DNA from: Rhodospirillales bacterium
GTDB lineage: Bacteria > Pseudomonadota > Alphaproteobacteria > Rhodospirillales > Casp-alpha2
Direction of reading: 5' to 3'
Assembly: GCA_040218645.1 (NCBI GenBank)
Contig: JAVJQZ010000005.1
Span: forward strand, 9,988 to 73,987
DNA: 64,000 nucleotides
The notes under the pieces were generated by a model, which was not told where the DNA came from, ran no database searches, and saw only the letters and a program-made list of their open reading frames with translations. Below, in pieces: positions 28,426-41,033 of this stretch (its first letter is position 1; the number at the start of each line of letters is the position of its first letter). The position numbers and the translations under genes are program-made.

Positions 28426-29829
28426 TCAGCCCAGTCTGTTGATGCCGTCGAAGGCGGCGGTCTTGTAGCATTCCGCGAAGGTCGGATAGTTGAACACCGT
28501 GTCGATCAGGTAATCGATGGTGCCGCCGAGCGACATCACCGCCTGACCGATGTGGATCAGTTCGCACGCCCCGTCACCGATGATGTGCACACCCAGCAGC
28601 TTGCGGCTGTCCGGGTCGAACAGCAGCTTCAACTGCCCCGCCTGATCGCCGACGATCTGGCCGCGGGCGATTTCCCGGTAGGCGGCGTGGCCGACTTCAT
28701 AAGTGATGCCGGCCTCGGTCAGCTCCTGTTCATTCTTTCCGACAACCGAGATTTCGGGGATCGTGTAGATACCGTAGGGCAGCAGATCGGGGAAGCTGTG
28801 CGCTTCCACGCCGAACGCATGACAGGCCGCCAGACGGCCCTGCTCCATGGACGTGGAGGCCAGGCTCGGAAAGCCGATGACGTCGCCGACCGCATAGATG
28901 TGTGCAACGTCGGTCTGATAGCTGGCGTTGACGCAGATCCGGCCCCGGTCGTCGGTGGCGAGGCCCGCCTTTTCCAGATTGAGGTGTTCCGTCGCGCCGG
29001 TGCGGCCGATGGAATAAAGCACGGTTTCCGTGTTGATGTGCTTGCCGCTTTCCAGCGCAATGTGCACCTTGCGGCCCTGATCGGTATCGACCAGGTCGAT
29101 GCCCTGCACGCCTTCGCCCAGGCGCATGGTGACCCGTTCCTGGCGCATCAGATGCACAAGGGTGTCGATGATTTCCTCGTCGACGAACGGCAACAGACGG
29201 GTGCGTTTGTCGATCACCGTGACGCGCACGCCCAGGGTGGCAAAGATCGTCGCGTATTCGATGCCGATCACCCCGGCGCCGACCACGGCCAGGCTTTTCG
29301 GCAGGGTTTCGAGATCGAGAATATCGTCGCTGGTGAAAATGTGTTCACCGTCGAAGGCAACATTGGGATCGCGGGTGGTCGTGGTGCCGACCGCGATCAC
29401 GACGTTGGCGGCCGTCACCTCGTTGGGGGCGCCGCCACTGAGCGGGGTCAGCAGGATACGGTGCGGATCGACGAAGGCCGCCGTGGCCTCGATGATCTGG
29501 ATGCCGTTGCGGAGCATCTGGTGACGGGCGACGTCGGTGCCGATCTGACGCACATGATTGGCGCGGCCCAGCAGGTCGCCCATGGTGATTTCCTGTTTCA
29601 CCTTGTACGCCGAGCCGTAAATGCTGCGTTCGTGATAGCCCGACAGATGCATGGTCGCGGCACGGAGCGTCTTTGACGGGATGGTGCCGGTATTCAGGCA
29701 CACCCCGCCGACCACGGCCTGACGTTCGGCGACGGCGACACGCTTGCCGAGTTTCGCCGCCTGTACGGCGGCCCGTTGTCCGGCGGGACCTGATCCGATG
29801 ACAAACAGGTCATAGTCGTAATTGCTCAT
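28426..29829 (-). CDS. sthA: soluble pyridine nucleotide transhydrogenase (Si-specific)
   Basis: YDYDLFVIGSGPAG, GGVCLNTGTIPSK, GRTG, YAVGDVIGFPSLAS, GIYTIPEIS.VGK.E and FNYPT.AE..K.AA..G.NRL match E. coli SthA as remembered. Confidence 0.92.
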   Translation of the reverse strand: MSNYDYDLFVIGSGPAGQRAAVQAAKLGKRVAVAERQAVVGGVCLNTGTIPSKTLRAATMHLSGYHERSIYGSAYKVKQEITMGDLLGRANHVRQIGTDVARHQMLRNGIQIIEATAAFVDPHRILLTPLSGGAPNEVTAANVVIAVGTTTTRDPNVAFDGEHIFTSDDILDLETLPKSLAVVGAGVIGIEYATIFATLGVRVTVIDKRTRLLPFVDEEIIDTLVHLMRQERVTMRLGEGVQGIDLVDTDQGRKVHIALESGKHINTETVLYSIGRTGATEHLNLEKAGLATDDRGRICVNASYQTDVAHIYAVGDVIGFPSLASTSMEQGRLAACHAFGVEAHSFPDLLPYGIYTIPEISVVGKNEQELTEAGITYEVGHAAYREIARGQIVGDQAGQLKLLFDPDSRKLLGVHIIGDGACELIHIGQAVMSLGGTIDYLIDTVFNYPTFAECYKTAAFDGINRLG

Positions 29830-29977
29830 CTGCGTCTCACCTCGAACTTCTGACGGTTTCGTTGCCCCCCAAACAGGTCAAACTATTGGATTTCCCCGGT
29901 TTGATGTCCAGAGTCCATTTTGGGATATCCCGGAACCGGTGATCGGGTAAGTTGAAGGTTTTGCGACAGTGGTCCGC

Positions 29978-30922
29978 TCAGCGGCGCTGCAGGATACCTT
30001 CGATCAGGTTCTGTACGGAAAGCGCCGCCCGGAAATCCGGCAGTTCGTGATCCTCGCCGCGCATGAACCGGGCCAGATTGTCCAGTTGCCGCACCCGGCC
30101 GAGCTGGCGGGGGTCATCGATATCGGTCATTGCCGGCTGCCACCCGCTCCCGTCCGAAACAAAGGCGCTATACCAGTCATCGAACCGGCAGGACTGCGCT
30201 TTGCCCCAGACGGTATATTCGACGCGGTCCGGGCCGCTGCCGCCGACACCGCCGGCGACGGACACCGGAATGCCGTTGCAGTTAAGCGACGCGAGCACAT
30301 GGGTTTCGGCGGCTGTGCCACCCATACCGTCGGGATAGCGGACAATGGCGTCCTCCAGCGCGGCCGGGCCGAACACGCTTTCGGTCAGATAGATGAAGTG
30401 CGACAGCACTTCGCGCACATAGCCGCCCTGTTTCCGTTCCGCGAGCCAGGCCGCGGCAACCTGCCAGCCGCGGGGCCAGGTTGCGAAGTGCAGGCGGATG
30501 TCGATGGCGTCGACCGCACCGAAGGTATTTTCGGCCAGCATGGTTTTCAGGAATGCCCGGCTGGGGCTGGACGCGAACGAAAAATTCACCGCGTTGGGAA
30601 CGCCCTCGGCCTCGATGGCGTTCACCAGGTCAATGGACCGGGCAATATCGACACCCAGCGGCTTTTCACAGAATACCGGCTTGCCGGCCTTTGCCGCCGC
30701 GATGGCGTATTCGGCATGAAAGTCGGGCGGGCAGGCGATGTAGACGAGATCGACGTCGTCGCGGTCGATCAGCTGCCGGGCGCTGTCGGTATAGAGCGGG
30801 TCCGTGCCGTCCAGCGCCGGATCGAAAACACAGACCACGTCGAAGTCGTCATGTTCGGCCATGTTGCCAAGCATGCGCTGCCCCATTACCCCGAGTCCGA
30901 TGATCCCCGTGCGGTTTGTCAT
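29978..30922 (-). CDS. Gfo/Idh/MocA family oxidoreductase
   Basis: N-terminal Rossmann IIGLGVMGQRM and the EKP motif (FCEKPL). SD ggaga upstream. Confidence 0.85.
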   Translation of the reverse strand: MTNRTGIIGLGVMGQRMLGNMAEHDDFDVVCVFDPALDGTDPLYTDSARQLIDRDDVDLVYIACPPDFHAEYAIAAAKAGKPVFCEKPLGVDIARSIDLVNAIEAEGVPNAVNFSFASSPSRAFLKTMLAENTFGAVDAIDIRLHFATWPRGWQVAAAWLAERKQGGYVREVLSHFIYLTESVFGPAALEDAIVRYPDGMGGTAAETHVLASLNCNGIPVSVAGGVGGSGPDRVEYTVWGKAQSCRFDDWYSAFVSDGSGWQPAMTDIDDPRQLGRVRQLDNLARFMRGEDHELPDFRAALSVQNLIEGILQRR

Positions 30923-30950
30923 ATTTGATATCTCCGATGCCGTCAGTCTT

Positions 30951-31877
30951 TTAACCCGGCGCCCTTGCCGGATGGGGGCGACGTGATTTTCTGAGCCGCC
31001 ATGCCGATTGCAGGGTCACGGCGGCAATCACGACAACGCCGCCGATGAAAGTGGTCAGGCTCGGCATTTCGTCGATGACCATCCAAACCCAGAGCGGCCC
31101 GAGCACGGTTTCCAGCAGCATCAGCAGCGCCACTTCGGGCGCCGGCAGGGTGCGCGGGCCAAGCGTGATCAGCCCAAAGGATAACGGCATCACGACAAAG
31201 CCCAGCAACAACAGAAGCCCCCAGTTCCAGGCACTGCCGACTGACAGCGGATCGGCGAACGGCGCAACGAGGATCGCCGAAAGCATGGCGCCGAGGGCGG
31301 CGGCGGGGACCATGTTCACGTGCTTGTGGCGGCGGATGATGATGAACGTCACCGCCAGCGCGCACGCGGTGACGAAGGCGAAAATATCCCCGAGCGATGT
31401 GCCTGTCCGAAACCCGTCGCCGACGACGATCACGACACCGCTCATCCCGGCCATGATCGCCGCCCATGTCGGCTTCGACACCTGTTCCTTGAGCACGATG
31501 ATCGACAGGAGTGCGGCAATCAGCGGCGTTGCGGCAAGGATGATCAGCACATTGGCGACCCGGGTGTGATCGATGGCGAAAACGAAACTGATCGCATTCA
31601 GGGCATAGATGACGGCGACGGCAAATCCGACCCATCCCATCCGGCGCACCTCGATCAGCGTCTCGCCCCGCCGCGCAATGATGAAAGCGAGACACAGGCT
31701 GACCGACATCATCGCGCCACGATAGAAATTCATCGTCCAGGGGTCGATGTCGATGAGCCGGATCAGCAGTGTATCCGGTGTCAGCACCAATACACCGAAC
31801 AGGGTCAGCCAGAAACCACGGCGGTGCGCCTGTGCGTCGATCTCTGAAACGGGCGTGGTGGCAGGGGGGATGGTCAA
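30951..31877 (-). CDS. DMT superfamily (EamA-type) transporter
   Basis: About 10 TM arranged as two EamA-like halves. Confidence 0.85.
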   Translation of the reverse strand: MTIPPATTPVSEIDAQAHRRGFWLTLFGVLVLTPDTLLIRLIDIDPWTMNFYRGAMMSVSLCLAFIIARRGETLIEVRRMGWVGFAVAVIYALNAISFVFAIDHTRVANVLIILAATPLIAALLSIIVLKEQVSKPTWAAIMAGMSGVVIVVGDGFRTGTSLGDIFAFVTACALAVTFIIIRRHKHVNMVPAAALGAMLSAILVAPFADPLSVGSAWNWGLLLLLGFVVMPLSFGLITLGPRTLPAPEVALLMLLETVLGPLWVWMVIDEMPSLTTFIGGVVVIAAVTLQSAWRLRKSRRPHPARAPG

Positions 31878-32014
31878 CTGGATTTCCTCGTCAAACGGTT
31901 GGATGCCGATGAACGCTCTTGGCGGCGCGGTCGGAATGTGAACTGGTAAATAGGCCTTCCAGCCCCATATCGAAAGACATAAGGTGACGTAACCGACCTT
32001 GGGAGGGAAGGAAA

Positions 32015-32851
32015 ATGTCCGTAAATCTGGCGCCGCTGTCAGGCGCGTTCGGCGTCGAGGCTACCGGGGTCGACCTCGCCGGCCCTGTATCCGATGCGGA
32101 TGCAGAGGCCATGCGCGATGCACTTCGTGACCGGCTGGTCATGGTGATCCGCGGCCAGAAACTGACCCCGGCGCAATATGTGGAAAGCATGAAGGTCTTC
32201 GGCGTGCCCATGCGTCAGCACCTGTCGAAACTGTTGATGCCGGACCATCCGGAAATCGCGGTCCTCGACAGCCGCATCGCCAACACCAAACGCGGCGACG
32301 GCAAGGTCATGCCGATCGGCTCACGCGACTGGCATACGGATCACACCAACCACAAACGCCCGCCGAAGATGACCGTGCTGTATGCCGTCAAGCTGCCGGC
32401 CAAGGGAGGTGACACCGGCTTTGCCGACATGCAGGCGGCTTTCGCCTCTCTCGACGCCGGCGAACAGGCGGACCTCGAAAAGATGAAAACCGTCAATTCC
32501 ATCGAGCAGGATGTGGGGTATGTGGATGACAAGGCCCGCAGCGAATTCGGCGCACCGCAGGTACACCCGTTCATCCGCACCCACCCGGAAACGGGCCGCA
32601 AGGCGATCTATGTGCACCCGGGCAAGCTGGCCCGCTTCGACGGTTGGGAGCCGGACGCAAGCAAGGCGTTCGTCAACGGTCTGCTGGATCGGGTGCTGAC
32701 CCCCGACGTGACGTACCGCCATCAGTGGCGGCCGGGCGATCTGGTGCTGTGGGACAACCGCGCCCTGCTGCATGTCGCGCACACGGATTACGATCCGTCC
32801 GAAGGCCGCATCCTGCACCGCATGTGTCTTGAAGGCGATGTGCCGTTCTGA
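32015..32851 (+). CDS. TauD/TfdA-family 2-oxoglutarate dioxygenase (taurine dioxygenase-like)
   Basis: WHTDHT (HxD), GGDTGFADM, HPF.RTHPETGRKA.YV, WDNRALLH. SD gggaggga upstream. Confidence 0.87.
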   Translation: MSVNLAPLSGAFGVEATGVDLAGPVSDADAEAMRDALRDRLVMVIRGQKLTPAQYVESMKVFGVPMRQHLSKLLMPDHPEIAVLDSRIANTKRGDGKVMPIGSRDWHTDHTNHKRPPKMTVLYAVKLPAKGGDTGFADMQAAFASLDAGEQADLEKMKTVNSIEQDVGYVDDKARSEFGAPQVHPFIRTHPETGRKAIYVHPGKLARFDGWEPDASKAFVNGLLDRVLTPDVTYRHQWRPGDLVLWDNRALLHVAHTDYDPSEGRILHRMCLEGDVPF

Positions 32852-32945
32852 GCGCACGATGCATGCACCAAATGGCGGAGGAACACGCCCGTCCCTCCGC
32901 CAGTCCCTCCGCCAGTCCCTATGACTGTAATGCAAGCCGCGCGAA

Positions 32946-34163
32946 TTATTCGAGACCCATGCAGTTGGCGTAATAGGTCACGGTCGCGGGCCAGTCCGAA
33001 AACACGCCGACGACACCGACCTTGCGGGCCAGCACATCCAGCAGCTCGAACGCCACACCGTCATTATTGGTGACGTCCTTGATGGACTGGAAATACCAGC
33101 CGCCGCCGTTGCCCAGCGGGCCTGAGCGTTCCAGGGTCCAGGCGATGAGCTTGAGACCTGCGGCGCGGGCTTCCTCGGCATAGGGCGAGGGGACGATGCT
33201 GCCGTTCTCGACGGTGACCATCATCCACAGCGGCGGGGCGATATAATTGACACCCATGTCCTTGAGTTCCTTCATGCCCGGTTTGAAGGTTGCGGGCTTC
33301 ATGGGATCGAAAGTCTTGTCGTCATAGCGTCCATCCAGATAGACCGCCTGTTTGCCGAACTCGGGCTCGTTCCTGATCCAGTACAGAACATCGTCGAGAT
33401 TGAACGACTGGGCCCAGACGTCGGACGCCGGAATCCCTGCTGCCTTGTATTCGTCGATCAGCTTCTGGGCGTAGTCCTGCTGCGAAAATCCATCAAACGG
33501 CATGGCGACGGACGGCGATTTCAGCTCCGGCGTGAACTTGGCGCCGAGACTGCTGATCAGTTCGATGGATTCCGCATGAGTCATCAGTGTGCCGCTGCTC
33601 GCCGCATACAGATCGGTGCGCCAGCCTGCGGTGCCGTCCATATAGGCATCGATCGTTGTCGCGGACGTGTCGGCGGCATCCATCTTGCCGGTCAGCGTCC
33701 TGAATTCCGCAAGCGTGATGTCGCTGGTGCGGCATTCGGCCTCGGCCGGGGTGTCGCCTTTAGCGGGGGTGAAAGGTTTGGTGCATTTGGACGCCAGGGT
33801 GGATTTCAGAATGTCGGTGGTGGTGTGCAGGTCGTTCTGGGCGTGACGGCAGACCAGTTGCTTGTCTTTGGTGAAGGTCACGTCGCATTCGATGATGCCG
33901 GCGCCCATGCGGGCCGCCGCCACGTAGGAGGATTTCGTGTGCTCCGGGAACATCATCGCTGCACCGCGGTGGCCGATGGAAAACAGGGATTTCTTCATCG
34001 ACCGGTCGGCGCATGACTGCAGGCGCGACTTGAGCGGGCCGTCCGTCATCTGGTCGATCAGGAAATAGGGGCGGGGACCAAGCTCAACCACGTCGGCGTG
34101 GGTGGCTGATGCGAATGTGACGGCGCAGATCAGCGACAGAATGAAAGTGCGGGCGAAGGCCAT
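32946..34163 (-). CDS. secreted glycerophosphodiester phosphodiesterase family protein
   Basis: Signal peptide [27 protein letters not shown] motifs SIGHRGA..MFPEHT and ECDV.FTKD. Confidence 0.85.
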   Translation of the reverse strand: MAFARTFILSLICAVTFASATHADVVELGPRPYFLIDQMTDGPLKSRLQSCADRSMKKSLFSIGHRGAAMMFPEHTKSSYVAAARMGAGIIECDVTFTKDKQLVCRHAQNDLHTTTDILKSTLASKCTKPFTPAKGDTPAEAECRTSDITLAEFRTLTGKMDAADTSATTIDAYMDGTAGWRTDLYAASSGTLMTHAESIELISSLGAKFTPELKSPSVAMPFDGFSQQDYAQKLIDEYKAAGIPASDVWAQSFNLDDVLYWIRNEPEFGKQAVYLDGRYDDKTFDPMKPATFKPGMKELKDMGVNYIAPPLWMMVTVENGSIVPSPYAEEARAAGLKLIAWTLERSGPLGNGGGWYFQSIKDVTNNDGVAFELLDVLARKVGVVGVFSDWPATVTYYANCMGLE

Positions 34164-34467
34164 GGGGCGTCTCCGTAAAGGTGGGAAAATATGGAAACGG
34201 CATGCTTGATTGAAAGGATATCAAAGAAATGTCATGCAGATTAAGGTTTCTTGAAACGCGGCACCCGAGCTGTGGATCATGCGGTAAGCGCCCTGTAAGA
34301 CTGATCTAATAATGTCGTGCCGGTTCAGGCATGGCACGAAACGGTGGGCGTACGAACGAGGTTCCGGATGCGATTTTCGCGCTGAATTAACTAAAAATAC
34401 TATTATTTATACTATGCAGATTCGTATGCGGTATGAATAACACATGCGCGACATTTGAGGGACAGCC

Positions 34468-35043
34468 ATGAGGCAGCACATTCAGAACCGGTTTTCTCTG
34501 GGGAGCGTCGCCGTTACGTCCGTTCATGTACCCATGACCGATATCATGGAGAGCAGTTGCTGGGAACTGTATGAACACTGGAACACGGTCAGAGGCGAGT
34601 CCTTTGCGCCGAGCTGGCGGGCGTTCGAGCTGATCGGCCTGCCGGGTAACCTGATCAGATACACGCACGTCGTCGATATCTCGGCGGACCCGTTCGATGT
34701 CAGGTTCCGTTTCTGGGGGACGGGGCTGACCGATGTTTTGTATTTCGACCGTACGGGACAATCGCTGCTGACCACCAACATGGGATATCTTGATGAGTTC
34801 CGCCGCGAGCAGGTTCTTGCGGACTACAGGACCGTTATCGAGACACGGGCCCCGATGCCGTTTCTCTGGGACGCCTCCGCCACCCGCAGAAATGCACGCC
34901 GGATGATCGTGGCAAGTATCCGGTTGCCGCTTTCATCGGATAACCGGACCGTCACCAACATCATCACCCACTTTGATTTCGCGTCGCAGCGATCCCAGCT
35001 GTGGGAAGAAATGTTCGACGTGAACAACCGTTCAAGCGGTTAG
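34468..35043 (+). CDS. PAS_5/DUF1457-type PAS domain protein (paralog 2)
   Basis: YEHWNTVRGESFAPSWRAF...VVDISADPFDVRFRFWGTG...IRLPLSSDNRTVTNI. SD gaggga upstream. Confidence 0.75.
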   Translation: MRQHIQNRFSLGSVAVTSVHVPMTDIMESSCWELYEHWNTVRGESFAPSWRAFELIGLPGNLIRYTHVVDISADPFDVRFRFWGTGLTDVLYFDRTGQSLLTTNMGYLDEFRREQVLADYRTVIETRAPMPFLWDASATRRNARRMIVASIRLPLSSDNRTVTNIITHFDFASQRSQLWEEMFDVNNRSSG

Positions 35044-35056
35044 CGGTTAAGGCGGG

Positions 35057-35902
35057 CTAAAGCATTTCCAGATAGGACGGTCCGTCCGGCGGTGGAAACG
35101 CCGCGTCGAGCAGGGCATGGTCTTCGGCATCAAGGACGATTTCCAGCGCCGCGATGTTCTGGTCGATGTGGGTCCGGTTGACGGACTTGGGAATCGCCAT
35201 GACATTGTCCTGCGCCAGCACCCAGGCCAGGGCGATCTGTAACGGACTGACATCATGGCGGGCGGCCAGTTGATCCAGCACGGGATCGCCGTGCAGGCGT
35301 CCCTGTTCCAGCGGCGAGTAGGCCATCACCGGTATGCCGTGTTTGCGGCAAAGCGGCAGCAGGTCCCATTCCGGGCCGCGGCGGCTGAGGTTGTAGAGAA
35401 TCTGGTTGGTGGCCGTGGCATGGCCCCCGGCTGAGGCCAGCCATTCCGACAATTCGTCCGTATCGAGATTGGACACGCCGAAGTGGCGGATTTTGCCGGA
35501 CGCCTGCAGGGCCTCGAAGGCTTCTATCGTTTCCCGGAACGGCGCACCACCGCGCCAGTGCAGCAGGTAGAGATCGATATAGCCGCAGTCCATGCGGGCC
35601 AGGCTGCCGTCGCAGGCCTTGATGACGTCATCATAATGGGCGTTGCCCGGCAAAACCTTGGAAACGATGAACAGGTCTTCGCGCTCTACAGGGCTTTGCT
35701 TGATCGCCGCCCCGACGACTTTTTCAGCGCCGCCCCCGGCATACATTTCGGCAGTATCGATCACGCGGATGCCGCGCTCGACGGCGTAGCGCACGGCGGC
35801 GGCTTCGTCGGCAAAGGCGGACGCACGCTCACCCATGAACCAGGTGCCGAGACCGAGTTTCGGAAAAGGGTCGCCGTTGGGGAGTTCGATGTGTTGCATC
35901 AT
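35057..35902 (-). CDS. aldo/keto reductase
   Basis: LGLGTW, IDTAEMY, HW, GVSN motifs. The ATG at 35902 (MMQHIELPNG) avoids overlap with the upstream gene's stop at 35907. Confidence 0.87.
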   Translation of the reverse strand: MMQHIELPNGDPFPKLGLGTWFMGERASAFADEAAAVRYAVERGIRVIDTAEMYAGGGAEKVVGAAIKQSPVEREDLFIVSKVLPGNAHYDDVIKACDGSLARMDCGYIDLYLLHWRGGAPFRETIEAFEALQASGKIRHFGVSNLDTDELSEWLASAGGHATATNQILYNLSRRGPEWDLLPLCRKHGIPVMAYSPLEQGRLHGDPVLDQLAARHDVSPLQIALAWVLAQDNVMAIPKSVNRTHIDQNIAALEIVLDAEDHALLDAAFPPPDGPSYLEML

Positions 35903-35906
35903 CCGT

Positions 35907-36929
35907 TTACCTGTCTTTGTCGCCGGACGCTGAGTTGAGAAGCTCAAAATAACGACCCGGATCTATGTTGCCGCCGGTTGTAAACACAGCAACCGTTTTG
36001 CCCCTGATATCGATTTCGCCGTTCAGAACCGCTGCGATTCCCACGGCGGCGCCGGGTTCGATGACCGATTTGTAATAGTCGAAAGCGAACTTCATTGCCC
36101 GGCACGCATCACCATCACTGGCGACAAGCCCACCTGCGAGCAGTCTCCGGTTGATTTCGAATGTCTGTTCATTCGGGGTCGGTGTCATGATAGCGTCGCA
36201 AATGGTGCGCTGCCCTTTTGGATTTTTCTGCCGTGCGCCGATTGCTAGAGAACGGCGTGTATCGTCAAAAAGTTCGGGCTCTACTGCATAGACCCGCGCT
36301 TTCTGAGCCAGTGCATTCATCACAATAGCGGTTGCCGCAGTCAGGCCGCCACCGCCGCAAGGCACCAGGACGGCATCCAGATCGGCGCCGATACCGTGCG
36401 CCTGTTCGCATAATTCCAGGGCAGCCGTTGCCGCACCGGCATGAATGCGGGTATCGCCGCTCGGCGGTACAATAACCCGGCCGGTTTCATTTCTGAGGCG
36501 GTCGAGGACCTCATTGATGTCATCGCGGTCGCGATTGAAGTGCACGACGGTGGCGCCAAGCGCTTTTGTACTTTCGATTTTCTGGACCGGTGTATCATCC
36601 GGCATGACGATCATGGCCGAGGTGCCGGTCAGTCTGGCCGCCAGCGCCAATCCCTGGGCATGGTTGCCGGATGAGTAGGTGATGGTGCCGCGATCTTTTT
36701 CGGCTTCGGTCATGCTGCGCAACCGGTTATAGGCGCCCCTGATTTTGAAGGCCCCGGTCCGTTGCATGTGTTCGGCCTTAATCAGCAGCCTGCCTCCCAG
36801 AAAATCATTGGCATCCGGATTTTCAAGCAAGGGCGTGCGGACGACAATGTCCTGCATTGCAGTGGCGGCATCACGGACGGCGTCAAGTCCAAGGGGGCTC
36901 GTATCGAGTTCTGACAGACTTTTATTCAT
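35907..36929 (-). CDS. PLP-dependent threonine/serine dehydratase family enzyme (PALP fold)
   Basis: KAEHMQRTGAFKIRGA (PLP lysine), SSGNHAQG and GGGGL loops. 340 aa, with no ACT regulatory domain. Confidence 0.85.
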   Translation of the reverse strand: MNKSLSELDTSPLGLDAVRDAATAMQDIVVRTPLLENPDANDFLGGRLLIKAEHMQRTGAFKIRGAYNRLRSMTEAEKDRGTITYSSGNHAQGLALAARLTGTSAMIVMPDDTPVQKIESTKALGATVVHFNRDRDDINEVLDRLRNETGRVIVPPSGDTRIHAGAATAALELCEQAHGIGADLDAVLVPCGGGGLTAATAIVMNALAQKARVYAVEPELFDDTRRSLAIGARQKNPKGQRTICDAIMTPTPNEQTFEINRRLLAGGLVASDGDACRAMKFAFDYYKSVIEPGAAVGIAAVLNGEIDIRGKTVAVFTTGGNIDPGRYFELLNSASGDKDR

Positions 36930-36946
36930 ATGAAATATTCAAAGCC

Positions 36947-37519
36947 TCAGGCGTTCGCCGGGGTGCGTTTGCGCTGCGGGCAGGGTTTCTGCGTCCTGTT
37001 GATGGGATCGAACTCGGACCGGTTCAGGCTGGCCAGGACCTTCCCATAGACGTGAAGCGACACCGACGGTTTGTCGCCGTCATTGCGGACACCGTGGATG
37101 TCGTCGGGCATGAGGGTGCAGACGACGCCGTTGGTGACGTCGGTTTCCTCGTCCAGTTCCAGATCGGCGAAGCCGGGTTTGCTGCCGTCGTCCTTGCGCC
37201 GCCAGCCGACATTGACCTCGGTGCCGTCGATGCCGACGACGACGCCCCACGTCTGATGATCGTGCGGTGCGACGCCGCGCCCGGGCGCCCAGCAGATGAC
37301 TTCGACCAGCAGGGTGTTGTCCGGCTCTTCATTGAGGATGTTGATTCCGAAACCCTGTTCGTCGTCGGTTTCATAATATGCCGGTTTCATCCACGAGGTA
37401 TCGTCGGCCATCCGCGCAACGATGGGTCTGACGCGGGCAATGGCTTCGGCGGGATCGTCGATCCCGGCGGTCGCGGCCCTGAGGTCCGAGACCAGAGTCG
37501 AAATGATGGTGTCGCTCAC
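36947..37519 (-). CDS. cysteine dioxygenase type I-like cupin (thiol dioxygenase family)
   Basis: Cupin with GVAPHDH..WGVV and a downstream H (DIHGVRN), the 3-His pattern of CDO/3-mercaptopropionate dioxygenase-like proteins. Confidence 0.7.
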   Translation of the reverse strand: MSDTIISTLVSDLRAATAGIDDPAEAIARVRPIVARMADDTSWMKPAYYETDDEQGFGINILNEEPDNTLLVEVICWAPGRGVAPHDHQTWGVVVGIDGTEVNVGWRRKDDGSKPGFADLELDEETDVTNGVVCTLMPDDIHGVRNDGDKPSVSLHVYGKVLASLNRSEFDPINRTQKPCPQRKRTPANA

Positions 37520-37604
37520 GTTACGTTGTCCCTGCTGTTGTGCGTGTCGTTCAGCGTAGCAAACCTAATGACATATATAAATGTCTGACGCGGTGCAGGG
37601 GTGC

Positions 37605-37642
37605 CTCAAAAGACGGTGCCGGCCCCAGGGCGGGACCGGCAC
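37605..37642 (-). terminator. intrinsic terminator of katG
   Basis: On the minus strand, gtgccggtcccgccctggggccggcac (GC-rich stem, 37616-37642) is followed by cgtctttt. It lies about 40 nt after the katG stop. Confidence 0.55.
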
Positions 37643-37679
37643 ACATCCGTTCAATCGTCAGGTGCGGTTACGATCGGCC

Positions 37680-39899
<2,220 letters not shown>

Positions 39900-39996
39900 T
39901 CACCCTGGTTCTGTCTGGGTGCAGCCGCTAATCCGGACGTGTTCGTTTCATTGAAGAGTGTAGCGTGGTTAATTGATAAGAAAAAATACTTATATA

Positions 39997-40011
39997 TTAT
40001 AATTATGATAA
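39997..40011. promoter_or_regulatory. Fur-family (PerR/Fur-like) box candidate in the katG / EAL divergent promoter region
   Basis: TTATAATTATGATAA versus the remembered PerR consensus TTATAATNATTATAA, by my count two mismatches at non-N positions. Embedded in the only AT-rich patch upstream of katG. Confidence 0.3.
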
Positions 40012-40160
40012 GTTTTGACGATGTATAGAAAGATGGGTCCGTCCCTGCGTGTTGATCTGCTTCGGTTCGGAAACGGGAGGACACCAACATCACATGTGGA
40101 TAGCCACGGGTTGAAGTTATCGCATTCGGTGCGTATATCGCCCCTTGAGCTTATGATGAC

Positions 40161-40946
40161 TTGCAAATGATGACGAAATTTCACGAACCGGATTCACCGT
40201 TCAAACCCCTGGGCTGCAAACAGTGCCTCGAGGGTAAGCCGCTCGATATCGACATCACGATGGCGTTCCAGCCGATCATCGATGTTTCGACCCGGTCCGT
40301 CTATGCCTACGAAGCTCTTGTGCGCGGTGCCGATGGATCGGGCGCCGGAAGCGTGCTGTCACAGGTGACGGACGATAACCGTTACGTGTTTGACCAGACA
40401 TGCCGGGTCAAGGCGATCCAGCTTGCCACGGAATTGAATATCGATTGCAACCTGAGCATCAACTTTCTGCCCAACGCCGTGTACCGGCCCGAGACCTGCA
40501 TCCGCGCGACCATGCAGGCCGCCGATCAGTTTGGCTTGCCGGTGGAACGGATCATTTTCGAGGTGACGGAATCCGAGCCGGTGAACGACCCTGTCCATCT
40601 GATGGGGATATTCGAGGAATACCGCGATCGCGGGTTCATAACAGCCATTGATGATTTCGGTTCCGGCTATGCCGGCCTCAATCTGCTCAGCCGGTTCAAA
40701 CCGCAGGTTCTCAAGCTCGACATGGAACTTTGTCAGGGGATCGCCGGCGATCTGGTGAAATCGACAATCACCAAGGGAGCGGTGGATACCGCGCATGCGC
40801 TCGGCATCAAGGTGATTGCCGAAGGCATCGAGGACAAAGACGACTTCCTCAAGCTCAATGAAATAGGCGCGGATTATTTCCAGGGATATCTGTTCGGGAA
40901 GCCGATGATCGAAGAACTGGGTATCCCCGACTTTTCCGGCATTTAA
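40161..40946 (+). CDS. stand-alone EAL domain protein (putative c-di-GMP phosphodiesterase)
   Basis: QPIID......YEALVRG, NFLPN, E.TE, DDFGSGYAGLN, K.D, EG.E, QGYLF. Confidence 0.88.
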   Translation: MQMMTKFHEPDSPFKPLGCKQCLEGKPLDIDITMAFQPIIDVSTRSVYAYEALVRGADGSGAGSVLSQVTDDNRYVFDQTCRVKAIQLATELNIDCNLSINFLPNAVYRPETCIRATMQAADQFGLPVERIIFEVTESEPVNDPVHLMGIFEEYRDRGFITAIDDFGSGYAGLNLLSRFKPQVLKLDMELCQGIAGDLVKSTITKGAVDTAHALGIKVIAEGIEDKDDFLKLNEIGADYFQGYLFGKPMIEELGIPDFSGI

Positions 40947-41033
40947 TTTCCGGATCAGACAAAGCCTGACAAGAAAAACCCCGCAAACCTGTCCGGTTGC
41001 GGGGTTCTGTTTCTGACTGCTGGGACCGTTCTG

